Source: Halioglobus sp. (GTDB lineage: Bacteria > Pseudomonadota > Gammaproteobacteria > Pseudomonadales > Halieaceae). Taken from it: a stretch of 64,000 bases of DNA. Below, piece by piece: positions 22,324 to 32,757 of this stretch. The stretch lies in the NCBI GenBank assembly GCA_037382865.1, contig JARRPM010000010.1, positions 4,454-68,453 of the forward strand, given 5' to 3'. The notes under the pieces were generated by a model. The model searched no databases. It was given only the letters and a program-made list of their open reading frames with translations, and had not been told where the DNA came from. Numbering within the stretch: the stretch's first letter is position 1; each line of letters begins with the position of its first letter. The position numbers and the translations under genes are program-made.

Positions 22324-24237
22324 ATGAGACCCACCTCCCCCGTGCGCGGTCAGACCGCACTTGCCACAGCGCTGATCCTCATCCTTCTCGGTCTCGCCGG
22401 CTGCGGGGGCGCCCCCGAACGGCCGGCCGAACCGGTCCCCCTGCCGCAACCGGAAGTCACTCCCCTGCCGGCGGACGAAATTTCCCTGGAGCTGCCCCCG
22501 AGTGCATACAGCGATGTGTTCCGGCGCGCGGAGGAGGCGCTGTCGCGTTTCCAGTGGATGCTCGCCAGCGACGTTCTCGACGAGCTCCCGGTGGATCAGG
22601 TCTCCGTCGGGGCCTACCCCGCGACCGCCTATACCACCCCCGCGGGACCCGCAATGCCCTCCCCCTACGGCGAGGTCGCCGGCGTCACCCCACCACAGCC
22701 GGCCCTCACTCCCGACGACCGGGTCTACCGGGAGTACCTGGAGGCCCGGATCGACTATGTGCGCGGCGACCAGACAGCGGCCCTGACGCGCCTGGAGGCG
22801 CTCGAGCGGCCCGGGATCAATCCCGCCCTGGAGTACCGGGCCCGCAACCTGCGACGCCATATCCTGACTCTCTCCGGTGACTACCTGACCAGTGCCCGCC
22901 TCACGGACCTGATGCTGCACACGGCCCCGCGGGAACACCGGGCGGCCCTGCAGCGGGGCATCTGGCACGACCTGCAGCGCCTGGACGAGGCGGCCCTGCG
23001 CGAGGCCCTTGCCGACGCCGCTGATCCCCAGTGGCGGGGATGGCTGGAGCTGAGCCTGCTGGGGCGGGGCACCGTCGCCCAACTGCCCGCCGACCTCGCC
23101 CAGTGGCGTTACGACAACCCCGAGCACCCGGCGACGGAGTCACCGCCCGGCGGGCTGGGCTACCTGGAACAGGCGATGCCGGCAAACCGGGTGGCCCTGC
23201 TGCTGCCACTGAGCGGTCGCCTTGCCCCCGCCGGCAAAGCGGTGCTCGATGGCTACGTGGCGGCGTGGTTCGCCGCGCGTGCGGAGGGCATCGCCAGTCA
23301 CAGCGTTATCGCCCTGGACCTGACCCGCTACGGCTCGGTACTGGAGGCCTATGACGACGCCCTGGCCCAGGGGGCCGGCCTGGTCGTGGGACCGCTCAGC
23401 AAGAGCGCCGTGGCGGAGCTGGCGGCGCGCCCGATCCGGCCGCTGCCGGTGCTTGCCCTGAACCGGGGCAACGGCGAGCTTGCCACCGGGACCACGGCCC
23501 TGGTCCAGCTCGCCCTGGCGCCGGAGGACGAGGCGGAGGGCATTGCCCGGTACGCCTATGGCAGCGGCGCCCGCCGGGCCCTGGTGATAAGGCCGGAGGG
23601 TGCCTGGGGCGACAAGATGGAGCAGGCTCTGCGCCAGCGCTGGGACGCGCTGGGCGGCACCGTGGCCAATACCGTCAGTTACGGGGACCGCGAGGCCTAT
23701 TCCGGGGTCGTGAAGTCCGGGCTGGGCCTGGAGGCCAGTGAGGCGCGGGCCCGCAACATCCGGGACATACTGGCCACCCCGATCGAATTCAACGCCCGCC
23801 GTCGCCAGGACCTGGACGCCATTTTCCTGCTCAGCCGGTCCGGTGCCGAGGCACGCTCGATCAAGCCACTGCTGGCTTTCCACTACGCCGGCAGTGTCCC
23901 GGTTTACGCCCCCTCCAGTATTTACAGCGGCATCCCGGACCCCCGGGACCGCGACCTGGACGGGGTCAACCTGGTGGAGATGCCCTGGCTGCTGGGGGCC
24001 AACCCCGAGCTGCGCGTGGCACTGGCCGCGGGCGGTACCGGCAGCGACAGCTACACCCGGCTCAATGCCCTGGGGGCGGACGCCTTCCTGGTACAGTCAC
24101 GCTTCCTCCAGTTGCAGGCGGGACCCGACGCCCTCATCCGCGGCCATACGGGCCTGCTGACCATGGATCCGGGCCTGCAGCTGCACCGGGAGCTCTGGCT
24201 GGCCACTTTTGACGGAGGCGATCTCAGGGCCCGCTGA
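22324..24237 (+). CDS. lpoA: Penicillin-binding protein activator LpoA (LppC family lipoprotein)
   Basis: 637 aa with a lipobox LLGLAGC. It has an N-terminal TPR-like region and a C-terminal periplasmic-binding-protein-like domain. It lies divergent from rsmI and upstream of yraN, as in E. coli. Confidence 0.85.
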   Translation: MRPTSPVRGQTALATALILILLGLAGCGGAPERPAEPVPLPQPEVTPLPADEISLELPPSAYSDVFRRAEEALSRFQWMLASDVLDELPVDQVSVGAYPATAYTTPAGPAMPSPYGEVAGVTPPQPALTPDDRVYREYLEARIDYVRGDQTAALTRLEALERPGINPALEYRARNLRRHILTLSGDYLTSARLTDLMLHTAPREHRAALQRGIWHDLQRLDEAALREALADAADPQWRGWLELSLLGRGTVAQLPADLAQWRYDNPEHPATESPPGGLGYLEQAMPANRVALLLPLSGRLAPAGKAVLDGYVAAWFAARAEGIASHSVIALDLTRYGSVLEAYDDALAQGAGLVVGPLSKSAVAELAARPIRPLPVLALNRGNGELATGTTALVQLALAPEDEAEGIARYAYGSGARRALVIRPEGAWGDKMEQALRQRWDALGGTVANTVSYGDREAYSGVVKSGLGLEASEARARNIRDILATPIEFNARRRQDLDAIFLLSRSGAEARSIKPLLAFHYAGSVPVYAPSSIYSGIPDPRDRDLDGVNLVEMPWLLGANPELRVALAAGGTGSDSYTRLNALGADAFLVQSRFLQLQAGPDALIRGHTGLLTMDPGLQLHRELWLATFDGGDLRAR

Positions 24238-24284
24238 CTAGACTGCATCTGGCGGCGCAGGGAGGCGCCGGAGGGAGCGGCGAC

Positions 24285-24644
24285 GTGAAGTCAGTCGGAG
24301 ATGCATTCGAGGAGCGGGCGGCGCTGTGGCTGCAGGAGAGCGGACTGCACCTCCTGGCCCGCAACTTCCGGTACCGGGGCGGCGAAGTCGATATTGTCGC
24401 GCTGGACGGGGAGTGCCTGGTGTTCCTCGAGGTCCGCAGACGCAGCAATCCCCGTTTCGCCGGCGCCGCCGCCTCGGTGGACTGGCGCAAGCAGCAGCGC
24501 ATCCTGCGCGCGGCGCAGGTCTTCCTGCAGCGGCACCCGCAGTGGTCAGCCCTGCCCTGCCGATTTGACGTGGTCGCCTTCGAGCCGCGACAATCCGCAC
24601 CGGACAGCGCGCCCCTCTGGATACGCGCGGCTTTCACCACCTGA
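24285..24644 (+). CDS. yraN: YraN-family (UPF0102) endonuclease-like protein
   Basis: 119 aa with a GTG start. GEVDIVALDGECLVFLEVRRR is the typical UPF0102 motif. Confidence 0.88.
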   Translation: MKSVGDAFEERAALWLQESGLHLLARNFRYRGGEVDIVALDGECLVFLEVRRRSNPRFAGAAASVDWRKQQRILRAAQVFLQRHPQWSALPCRFDVVAFEPRQSAPDSAPLWIRAAFTT

Positions 24645-24668
24645 CCGGAGGAGCCCGGACGCGACCGC

Positions 24669-25268
24669 ATGGACTACTACCAGATCATCGCCGACAACTT
24701 CGAGAGCACGATCCAGACCATCGCCATGTCGGTGGACCAGCTGGCTGACCCCATCGCCCGCGCCAGCCAGCTGATGGTGGAGGCGCTGCTGGAGGACAGG
24801 AAGATCCTGACCTGCGGCAACGGCGTCGACGCGGCCCTGGCCCAGCTGTTCAGCAGCCTGCTGCTCAGCCGCTACGAATACGAGCGGCCGGCACTGCCCG
24901 CCATGGCCCTCACCGGGGACGGCGCCAGCCTGACCGCCATCGCCCAGACCAGCGGCCTGGGCGAAACCTACTCGCGCCAGTTGCGCGCCGTCGGCCAGCC
25001 GGGAGACGTGCTGCTCTGCATCAGCAGCGGGGGCGGCGCCAGCAACCTGCTGCGCGCAGTCCAGGCGGCCCACGCCCGGAACATGACCGTCGTCGCCCTG
25101 TCCAACAGCAGCGACCACGAGCTGGGCAACCTGATCCGGGCCGAGGATGTGGTGCTGCAGATCCAGGCCACACGGCACCCCCGCGTCGTGGAGCTGCAGA
25201 TCATGGCTCTCCACTGCATCTGCGAACTGATCGATCACAGCCTGTTTGGCAGTTATAACCAGGAATAA
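24669..25268 (+). CDS. diaA: SIS-domain DnaA initiator-associating protein DiaA (GmhA-like)
   Basis: 199 aa. ILTCGNG, ERPALPAMAL, GDVLLCISSGG, NMTVVALS and CELIDHSLF are collinear with E. coli DiaA. Confidence 0.85.
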   Translation: MDYYQIIADNFESTIQTIAMSVDQLADPIARASQLMVEALLEDRKILTCGNGVDAALAQLFSSLLLSRYEYERPALPAMALTGDGASLTAIAQTSGLGETYSRQLRAVGQPGDVLLCISSGGGASNLLRAVQAAHARNMTVVALSNSSDHELGNLIRAEDVVLQIQATRHPRVVELQIMALHCICELIDHSLFGSYNQE

Positions 25269-25271
25269 TCC

Positions 25272-25844
25272 ATGCGAACTCTTCTGCAAACCGCGCTTTT
25301 TTGCGGCCTCATCACGCTCACCGGATGTGGCAGTCTCCTCGCCACGATGGACGCCGATACCATCGAGGATCCGCCCGACGAGCGTACCCTGGGGCAGATG
25401 ATCGAGGACGAGAGCATCGAGAACAAGGCGGTGGTCAATATCCACGCCGCGGACGAAGCCTTCGACGACGCCCACCTGGTGGTGGTCAGCTATAACGGCT
25501 ACGTGCTCCTCGCCGGCCAGGTGCAGAGGGAGGCCCTGAAAACCCGCGCCACCGAGGTGGTGCGCGACATCAGCGGCGTGCGCCGGATCTACAACGAGCT
25601 GGAGATCGCCGCCCCCAGCTCCAGCATGACCCGCACCAGCGATACCTGGATCACGGCAAAGGTGAAATCCTGGCTGTTGGGCAGCGGCGATATCGAGGGC
25701 TCAAAAGTGAAGGTGGTCACGGAAGATGGCGTGGTCTACCTGATGGGCCTGGTCACCCGGGAAGAGGCGGAGCGCATCTCGGACACCGCCGCGGGGCTGG
25801 CCGGCGTCCAGCGTGTGGTGCGGCTGTTCGAACTGCTCGACTGA
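25272..25844 (+). CDS. dolP: Dual-BON-domain outer-membrane lipoprotein (DolP/YraP)
   Basis: 190 aa with a lipobox ITLTGCG and two BON repeats (VVSYNGYVLLAGQV and VVTEDGVVYLMGLV). Synteny is lpoA-yraN-diaA-dolP. Confidence 0.85.
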   Translation: MRTLLQTALFCGLITLTGCGSLLATMDADTIEDPPDERTLGQMIEDESIENKAVVNIHAADEAFDDAHLVVVSYNGYVLLAGQVQREALKTRATEVVRDISGVRRIYNELEIAAPSSSMTRTSDTWITAKVKSWLLGSGDIEGSKVKVVTEDGVVYLMGLVTREEAERISDTAAGLAGVQRVVRLFELLD

Positions 25845-25885
25845 TCCTGTGTCCTGGCAGCCTGCGGCGGAGCCGGGCGCCGGGT

Positions 25886-26275
25886 TTACTTGACCACCTT
25901 CAGCGAGGGCCGCCCGTCGGATTTGGAGCTGTCCGGGGGCGTGTTATCCGGAGGCGGTGGCTCCTCGGGTTCGAACACCATGCCCTGGCCGTTCTCCCGG
26001 GCGTAGATTCCCACCACCGCCGAAACCGGCACGTAGATATCCATGGCAACACCGCCAAAGCGGCCGTTGAAGGCCATAGCGTCGTTGGCGATGTCAAGGT
26101 CCATGACTGCGCTGGGCGAGATATTGAGTACGATCTGCCCGTCCTTCACATACTGCTCGGGCACCATCACGTCCGGCACCGTCGTATCCACCAGCACGTA
26201 GGGCGTGCAATCGTTGTCGACGATCCACTCGTAAAGCGCCCGCATGATATAGGGACGACTCGAGGTCATGGCCAT
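25886..26275 (-). CDS. sspB: ClpXP adaptor / stringent starvation protein B
   Basis: 129 aa. SRPYIMRALYEWIVDNDCTPYVLVD is the SspB signature. Confidence 0.93.
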   Translation of the reverse strand: MAMTSSRPYIMRALYEWIVDNDCTPYVLVDTTVPDVMVPEQYVKDGQIVLNISPSAVMDLDIANDAMAFNGRFGGVAMDIYVPVSAVVGIYARENGQGMVFEPEEPPPPDNTPPDSSKSDGRPSLKVVK

Positions 26276-26318
26276 TCAACCGGCTCCTGTCCTTTGCGTC
26301 TGCGCGGGCAACACACCC

Positions 26319-26951
26319 TCAGGGCCGCATTTCCCGCTCCTGTTCCGACAGGCTCTCCTGGAAAGAGTCCCGGTTGAACAGCAGGTCCATGTAGGCCAGC
26401 AGCGGCTTGGACTGCTTGCTGGGCCGGATATCGATGCCCAGCGAGGGGAGGCGCCACAGGATGGGGGCGATGCAGCAGTCCACCAGGGTGAACTCCTCAC
26501 TCATGAAAAAGGGCTTTTCCGCGAAGATCGGCGAGATCGCCAGTATGCCCTCGCGCAGTTCCTTGGTGGACTTCTTGACCACGTTGTCGCTGCGGGTGTT
26601 CTGGATGGCGTCCACCAGGCTGCACCAGTCTTTTTCGATGCGGTGGATCAGCAGGCGGCTCTCCGCCCGCGCGACAGGGTAGACAGGCAACAGCGGCGGA
26701 TGCGGGAAGCGCTCGTCGAGGTACTCCATCATCACCTTCGATTCGTACAGCACCAGATCGCGGTCCACCAGCGTCGGCAGGCTGTTGTACGGGTTGAGTT
26801 CGGCGAGCTCCTCCGGCGGGTGCGCCGCGTCGACCTCGATCAGGTCCACGGTGACGCCTTTTTCGGCCAGCACGATACGCACGCGGTGACTGTAGTGACT
26901 CGTGCTATCGGAGAAAAAGGTCATTGACGACCGCTTTGCCACAACACCCAT
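26319..26951 (-). CDS. sspA: Stringent starvation protein A (GST-like)
   Basis: Start at ATG 26951 ([33 protein letters not shown]...) is preceded by GAGGAA. The protein is 210 aa. Confidence 0.93.
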   Translation of the reverse strand: MGVVAKRSSMTFFSDSTSHYSHRVRIVLAEKGVTVDLIEVDAAHPPEELAELNPYNSLPTLVDRDLVLYESKVMMEYLDERFPHPPLLPVYPVARAESRLLIHRIEKDWCSLVDAIQNTRSDNVVKKSTKELREGILAISPIFAEKPFFMSEEFTLVDCCIAPILWRLPSLGIDIRPSKQSKPLLAYMDLLFNRDSFQESLSEQEREMRP

Positions 26952-27024
26952 CAGGGATTCCTCAATTGACGCTTGAAAAAAAGTGCGGCGCGGCGATGGC
27001 CGCGCTGCCGGTACTGCCCGGGGA

Positions 27025-29064
27025 TCAGTGAACGTCCTTCCAGTACTCGCGATTGAGCAAGCTGGCAAATACGAAGAACACGGCGATGCAGAGCAGCACG
27101 ATAAGCCCGATGCGCTTGCGGTCCGCAGCCATGGGCTCAGCGGTGTAGGCGAGGAAGTTCACCAGGTCATACATCGCCGAGTCGAACTCCTCGGGGCTCA
27201 TCGTTCCCGCCTCGACAATCCTGAACTCTCCGCAGGGCTTCTCCATGATGTTCTCACCGCTGAGCGGATCTCGCTTCATGCCGCCGTTGTCGGCCTTTAC
27301 CGGCCCAAGCGCGCACTCCTGCATCCCCTGGAGCTCGAGCAGCGCGTGGGGCATGCCCACGTCCTTGAAGACCCGGTTGTTGACCCCGTAGGGACGGCTG
27401 TCGTCCTTGTAGAAGGTGCGCAGGTAAGTGTAAAGCCACTCCGGCTGGCGCGCCCGGGAGACCAGCGTCAGGTCGGGAGGCGTCGCACCGAACCAGACCT
27501 TCGCATTGTCCTCGGGCATCGCATTTTCCATCAGAGAGCCGATCTTCACCTGTGGATCGAAGATCAGGTTCTGCTGGAACAGGTCCTCCGGGATGCCCAG
27601 GTCCCGGGCGGTGCGATTGTAGCGGGCGTACTGCAGGGAGTGACACCCCATACAGTAGTTCATAAACAGTTTCGCGCCATTCTGCAGGGAGGTCTTGTCA
27701 TGCGGGTCCACCTCGATGTGATCGCAGGGTATGGCGCCACAGTGGTAGGCGGTCTCGGCACCCACCGCCTTGAGCGGCAGGATGGTGAGTGCCGCAATCA
27801 GGACCAGGCCGCCCATACTGCCCCAGAAACCGATGCCGCCGTCCATGGTGACCCGCTGCGGCACCGGCTTGGTCTTGTCCATCGCACTCCAGATCGGCAT
27901 CAGCAGGAAGAAGGCGAAGTAGATCACCGAGCAGATCTGGGCCAGGAAGGTCCGGCCAGGCGTCGGCGCCTTGACGCCCAGTACGCCCAGGATCAGGAAC
28001 GACGCCACGAACAGCACCAGCATCACCTTGGTGATGTTGCCGCGGTAGCGCCAGGACTTGACCGGGCTGCGGTCCAGCCAGGGCAGCAGGAAGGGGATGG
28101 CAACCGAGGCGGCGAAAGCCACGAAACCCCAGAACTTGTCGGGCACCGCCCGCAGCACCGAATAGAAGGGGGTGAAATACCAGACCGGCGCGATGTGTTC
28201 CGGCGTCTTGAGAGGGTTGGCCTCCTCGAAGTTGGCGAACTCCAGGAAGTAACCCCCCATCTCGGGCAGGAAGAAGATGATGCCGCAGAAGATGAACAGG
28301 AAGACGCCCAGGGCCTGCAGGTCATGCACCGAGTAGTAGGGGTGGAACGCGATGCCGTCCAGCGGCACGCCATCGGGACCCTTGTGTTTCTTGATCTCCA
28401 CGCCGTCGGGGTTGTTCGAGCCGACCTCGTGCAGCGCCAGCAGGTGCAGCACGACCAGGGCCAGCAGCACGATGGGCAGGGCCACCACGTGCAGGGCGAA
28501 AAAGCGGTTCAGGGTGATCCCCGAGATCAGGTAGTCGCCCCGGATCCAGGTCACCAGGTCCTCGCCCACCACGGGGATGGCCCCGAACAGGGATATGATC
28601 ACCTGGGCGCCCCAGTAGGACATCTGCCCCCAGGGCAGCACGTAACCGACGAAGGCCTCCGCCATAAGCACCACGAAGATCAGCATGCCGAAGATCCAGA
28701 TCAGCTCCCGCGGCTTCTTGTAGGAGCCATAGAGCAGGGCGCGGAACATGTGCAGATAGACCACCACGAAGAAGGCGGATGCCCCGGTGGAGTGCATGTA
28801 GCGCAGAATCCAGCCGAAATCGACGTCGCGCATGATGTACTCGACGGACGCAAACGCATTCTCGGCGCTCGGCGTATAGCTCATGGTGAGCCAGATCCCG
28901 GTGAGGAGCTGGTTCACGAGCACGATCAGCGAGAGAAAGCCGAAGTAATACCAGAAATTGAAATTCTTGGGCGCATAGTACTTGCCCATGTGGGTGTTCC
29001 AGGCGCGAACTATCGGCAGGCGCTCATCGACCCAGTCACGTAAACCTACGAGCATATTGTTCAT
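27025..29064 (-). CDS. petBC: Ubiquinol-cytochrome c reductase cytochrome b fused in frame to cytochrome c1 (FbcH-like)
   Basis: Single 679-aa ORF. The N-terminal ~405 aa are cytochrome b ([21 protein letters not shown]-type VWYFTPFY). The frame continues ...[39 protein letters not shown] into a c1 module with CMGCH heme site and a C-terminal TM anchor. No stop codon lies at the junction (~27846). Confidence 0.88.
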   Translation of the reverse strand: MNNMLVGLRDWVDERLPIVRAWNTHMGKYYAPKNFNFWYYFGFLSLIVLVNQLLTGIWLTMSYTPSAENAFASVEYIMRDVDFGWILRYMHSTGASAFFVVVYLHMFRALLYGSYKKPRELIWIFGMLIFVVLMAEAFVGYVLPWGQMSYWGAQVIISLFGAIPVVGEDLVTWIRGDYLISGITLNRFFALHVVALPIVLLALVVLHLLALHEVGSNNPDGVEIKKHKGPDGVPLDGIAFHPYYSVHDLQALGVFLFIFCGIIFFLPEMGGYFLEFANFEEANPLKTPEHIAPVWYFTPFYSVLRAVPDKFWGFVAFAASVAIPFLLPWLDRSPVKSWRYRGNITKVMLVLFVASFLILGVLGVKAPTPGRTFLAQICSVIYFAFFLLMPIWSAMDKTKPVPQRVTMDGGIGFWGSMGGLVLIAALTILPLKAVGAETAYHCGAIPCDHIEVDPHDKTSLQNGAKLFMNYCMGCHSLQYARYNRTARDLGIPEDLFQQNLIFDPQVKIGSLMENAMPEDNAKVWFGATPPDLTLVSRARQPEWLYTYLRTFYKDDSRPYGVNNRVFKDVGMPHALLELQGMQECALGPVKADNGGMKRDPLSGENIMEKPCGEFRIVEAGTMSPEEFDSAMYDLVNFLAYTAEPMAADRKRIGLIVLLCIAVFFVFASLLNREYWKDVH

Positions 29065-29657
29065 CAGGCTGCCTCCGCGTCCACGCCGATTACCAGGAGG
29101 TTGTCACCCTCGAACGAATACGGAGGCACAACCAGATTTGCCGAAGCCGGCACGCCGACGAAAACCCGGCCGGAGAGGTCAAACTTCGAGCCGTGACAGG
29201 GGCAGAAGAATCCGCCCGGCCAATCTGCGCCGAGGTCTGCAGCCCCGACCTCGGGGCGGAACTTGGGGGCACAACCGAGGTGGGTGCAGAGCCCCACGAT
29301 CACCAGGATCTCCGGGCGCAGGGAGCGGTCGATGCCGTGGATATAGTCGGGCTGGTCGGCGTTGGAGGAGTCGGGGTCTTTAAGCCTGTCATTGAGCCCG
29401 TCGAGGAGCGCGAGCTCCGACTCGGTACGGTGGACCACGTAGACCGGCTTGCCGCGCCACTCGACGACCACCATCTGGCCCGCCTCGAGCTTGCTGATAT
29501 CCGCCTTCACCGGAGCGCCGGCGGCCTTGGCCTTGGCCGAGGGGTTCCAGGACCCGACAAACGGTACCGCAATGCCCACCGCGCCGGCCACCCCGACCGC
29601 GCTGGTGGCCGCCACCAGGAAGCGCCGCCTGCCGCTGTTTACGTCCTCGCTACTCAT
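29064..29657 (-). CDS. petA: Ubiquinol-cytochrome c reductase Rieske iron-sulfur subunit
   Basis: Start at ATG 29657 is preceded by AGGGAGAA. The Tat motif is SGRRRFLVAAT and the Rieske boxes are CTHLGC and CPCHGS. The stop overlaps the cytochrome b start (TGATG). Confidence 0.93.
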   Translation of the reverse strand: MSSEDVNSGRRRFLVAATSAVGVAGAVGIAVPFVGSWNPSAKAKAAGAPVKADISKLEAGQMVVVEWRGKPVYVVHRTESELALLDGLNDRLKDPDSSNADQPDYIHGIDRSLRPEILVIVGLCTHLGCAPKFRPEVGAADLGADWPGGFFCPCHGSKFDLSGRVFVGVPASANLVVPPYSFEGDNLLVIGVDAEAA

Positions 29658-29827
29658 GCTTTTCTCCCTCGCTAGATATGTCTGCATGGCCCTTGGCCGG
29701 CCACCGGAAACGCAAACCGCAAAACGGACCAAATGGTAATGACTTTGCCCCGTCGATACAAGGAAACGAAGCAAGCGGGCGTTTCCGTTTCTCTCGATGC
29801 CCCGCGGCATACGGGGCTCCCGCCAGC

Positions 29828-30220
29828 TTAACGCTTGGAGTACTGGGGCCGCTTGCGCGCCTTGCGCAGACCGACCTTCTTGCGCTCCACTTCGCGGGCG
29901 TCGCGGGTGACGTACCCGGCACTGCGCAGGGTGCCGCGCAGGGACTCGTCGTATTCCATCAGCGCCCGGGTGATACCGTGACGGATCGCGCCGGCCTGGC
30001 CGAAGCTGCCGCCGCCCTGGACCGTCACATTGACATCGAACTTGTCATTCATGTCCACCAGCTCGAGTGGCTGGCGCACGATCATGCGCGCCACTTCCCG
30101 CCCGAAATATTTGTCGAGGGGGCGATGGTTCACCGTGATAGCACCGGCGCCACTGCGCAGGAAAACGCGGGCGGTGGACGTCTTGCGTCGGCCGGTTCCG
30201 TAGTATTGGGTAGCTGCCAT
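29828..30220 (-). CDS. rpsI: 30S ribosomal protein S9
   Basis: 130 aa. [21 protein letters not shown]...[11 protein letters not shown]. Confidence 0.97.
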   Translation of the reverse strand: MAATQYYGTGRRKTSTARVFLRSGAGAITVNHRPLDKYFGREVARMIVRQPLELVDMNDKFDVNVTVQGGGSFGQAGAIRHGITRALMEYDESLRGTLRSAGYVTRDAREVERKKVGLRKARKRPQYSKR

Positions 30221-30230
30221 AAAAATTCCG

Positions 30231-30659
30231 TTAAATGTTCAGTACTTGGGGCTGTTGTGCCGCGTGTGGATGTGCGTCGCCGGCGTACACTTTCAGTTTC
30301 TTGAACATGGCGCGGCCCAGCGGGTTGCGCGGCAGCATGCCCTTGACCGCAGTCTGGATCACCCGCTCAGGCGCCTTGTCTATCAGCTTCTCAAACGAGA
30401 TGGACTTCAGACCGCCCGGGTACCCGGTGTGGTGGTGGTACATCTTATCCGTCGCCTTGGCACCGGTAACCCGCACTTTCTCCGCATTGACGACGACGAT
30501 GTAGTCACCGGTATCCACGTGGGGCGTGTACTCAGCCTTGTGCTTGCCGCGCAGACGGTGGGCGATTTCGCTGGCCAGGCGCCCGAGGGTCTTGCCGGAG
30601 GCGTCCACCACGAACCAGTCGCGGGACACTTCCTCTGCTTTGGCACTGTAAGTTTTCAT
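30231..30659 (-). CDS. rplM: 50S ribosomal protein L13
   Basis: Start at ATG 30659. [30 protein letters not shown]..., 142 aa. Confidence 0.97.
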   Translation of the reverse strand: MKTYSAKAEEVSRDWFVVDASGKTLGRLASEIAHRLRGKHKAEYTPHVDTGDYIVVVNAEKVRVTGAKATDKMYHHHTGYPGGLKSISFEKLIDKAPERVIQTAVKGMLPRNPLGRAMFKKLKVYAGDAHPHAAQQPQVLNI

Positions 30660-30779
30660 CACTATCCGCCTTGCGGGGGCTCTGATTTCGAGAGCGCGAA
30701 TACTAATCAATGCCCCCACCCATTTCAAGAACAAATATAAAGAATATTCACCCCTCGCGAGCCCTCCGCGCCGCGCGGG

Positions 30780-31880
30780 TCAGGGTTTGTGCTCCCTCGC
30801 CAGATAGTCATGGGACTGCATCTCCTGCAGGCGGGAGACGGTGCGCCGGAACTCGAAGGCCAGGCGCCCGTCGCCGTACAGCTCCAGCAGCGGCACGGCG
30901 GCGGACAGCACCAGCTTGACGTTGCGGTCGTAAAACTCGTCCACCAGGTTGATAAAGCGCCGCGCCCGGTCGTCGCTGTCCGGGCCGAAGGCAGGCACCC
31001 CGGAAATCAGGACCGCGTGGAAAATCCGGGACAATTCGATGTAATCGTTCTGTGAGCGGGGCCCGTCGCACAGCTCGGCGAAGTCGAACCAGGCCACGTC
31101 ATCGGCCACGCAGCGGCAGGTCAGGTAGCGGCCATTGATCTGCAGCCGCTCCCAGTGCTTGCCCGGCTCGGGGGCGAGGGCCTCGAAACTGGCCCGCAGG
31201 CTGGCATCGGCCCCCTCGCCCAGGGGGCAGTGGTACAGCTCGGCCCGCTGCAGCGTGCGCAACCGGTAGTCCACGCCGGAGTCGACATTGACCACCAGGG
31301 TGTATTGCTTGACCAGCTCGATGGCGGGCAGGAAGCGCTGGCGCTGCAGGCCGTTCTCGTAGAGGCGGTCGGGCTCGATATTGGAGGTGGCCACCAGGGT
31401 GACACCGCGGTCGAAGAGCGCCTCCATCAGCCCCCCGAGAATCATGGCGTCGCCGATATCGGTCACGAAAAATTCATCGAAGCAGATCACCAGGGCCTCC
31501 GCCGCGAGGCGGTCCGCCACGGTGTGCAGCGGGTTCTTCTCGCCCCCGAGACTCGTCAGCTCATCGTGCACCCGCCGCATGAAGCGGTGAAAGTGGACGC
31601 GAAGCTTCCGCCGGAAAGGCAGGCAGTCGTAGAAGGTATCCACGAGGTAGGTCTTGCCCCGCCCCACGCCGCCCCACAGGTAAAGTCCGGTCTCGGGCTC
31701 CCGGCGCTGGCCGCGCAGCCGAGACCACCAGGCCACCAGGCCTCCCCGCTGGTCCCGGTGGCGGGCGATGAGCCGCTCATGGAGATCCTGCAACAGCCGC
31801 ACGGCATTCTCCTGGGCCGGGTCATGGGAGAAATCCTCCCGCTGCAGGTCAGCCTGATAGCGCTGCCAGGGTGTCGTCAT
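30780..31880 (-). CDS. zapE: Cell division protein ZapE (AFG1-like ATPase)
   Basis: 366 aa with Walker A GGVGRGKT and Walker B ICFDEFFV. It is collinear with YhcM/ZapE. Confidence 0.9.
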   Translation of the reverse strand: MTTPWQRYQADLQREDFSHDPAQENAVRLLQDLHERLIARHRDQRGGLVAWWSRLRGQRREPETGLYLWGGVGRGKTYLVDTFYDCLPFRRKLRVHFHRFMRRVHDELTSLGGEKNPLHTVADRLAAEALVICFDEFFVTDIGDAMILGGLMEALFDRGVTLVATSNIEPDRLYENGLQRQRFLPAIELVKQYTLVVNVDSGVDYRLRTLQRAELYHCPLGEGADASLRASFEALAPEPGKHWERLQINGRYLTCRCVADDVAWFDFAELCDGPRSQNDYIELSRIFHAVLISGVPAFGPDSDDRARRFINLVDEFYDRNVKLVLSAAVPLLELYGDGRLAFEFRRTVSRLQEMQSHDYLAREHKP

Positions 31881-32078
31881 GGGAGGGCTTTCCAGTCCCT
31901 TGGTGTCGCGAGCGCCCCACTTTAACCACAGGCCCGGTGCTTGGCAACGCCGCCCGCGGCGGCGTTTGCCGATGATGCCCGGGGCGCTGCCGCCGAACCC
32001 CGCACCCGGCTACAGCCGGGACGGGTTTAGGGGTATACTTGCGCCTCTTCGAAATAGCCAGCCCAAGGGGATTCACCC

Positions 32079-32549
32079 GTGTATGACCTGACCATCGTAA
32101 TTGCCGTAGGCGCCGCCCTGTTGATTCTCGGCCTGGTGATCGGCGCGCTGTGGGGTCGCAGCAGCTCGCCGGCAACGCAGAAATACAAGGAAGTGGAGCG
32201 CAAGCTGGACCAGCTGATACAGGACAAGAAAGCCTACGAGGACGAGGTCGTGGAGCACTTCGCCGACACTGCCAGGTTGCTCAACAATCTCACCGAGAGC
32301 TATCGGGACGTGCACACCCATCTCGCCAAGGGCGCAGCTGACCTATGCCAGGGCAGGGGGCCGATTGCCCTGGAAAATTTCGACAACAGCGGCGACGAGG
32401 CGGAAATCCCCCCGCACCTCGCCAATATCCAGCCACCCCTGGACTACGCACCAAAAACCTCCCCCGACGAGAAAGGCATGCTCAACGAGGAGTTCGGCCT
32501 TGAGCGCGAGCGGTCCGCGGCTTCCCTCGAGGAGCCCGAGAAGGCCTGA
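32079..32549 (+). CDS. zapG: YhcB/ZapG (DUF1043) inner-membrane protein
   Basis: 156 aa with a GTG start. An N-terminal TM segment (LTIVIAVGAALLILGLVIGAL) is followed by a coiled coil and HFADTARLLNNLTESYRDVHTHL. It lies divergent from zapE and next to degS, as in E. coli. Confidence 0.85.
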   Translation: MYDLTIVIAVGAALLILGLVIGALWGRSSSPATQKYKEVERKLDQLIQDKKAYEDEVVEHFADTARLLNNLTESYRDVHTHLAKGAADLCQGRGPIALENFDNSGDEAEIPPHLANIQPPLDYAPKTSPDEKGMLNEEFGLERERSAASLEEPEKA

Positions 32550-32757
32550 GCGCCGCCACGCCGGGTTCTTCGCCCGTTTGTAACGAACGCCTCTGCGGGG
32601 CGGCCCTACACCCGCCGGTCAGCGGGACAGCAATCCCGCAACCGGCCCGGCCTACGGGCACGAGAGCAGGTCCCCGCGGCCGGGCTGCCATGCCATCATC
32701 ACCTCAACGCGCCCGTATCATATACAATGCGAGCCGACAGCAGACACGACAGGTTCC

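Noticed and set aside
31943-31970. 12-bp imperfect hairpin ggcaacgccgcc-cgc-ggcggcgtttgcc between zapE and zapG
   Set aside because: It lies between divergent gene starts, so it is not a terminator. It has no flanking T-run, no second copy in the window and no recognisable operator symmetry beyond the hairpin itself.
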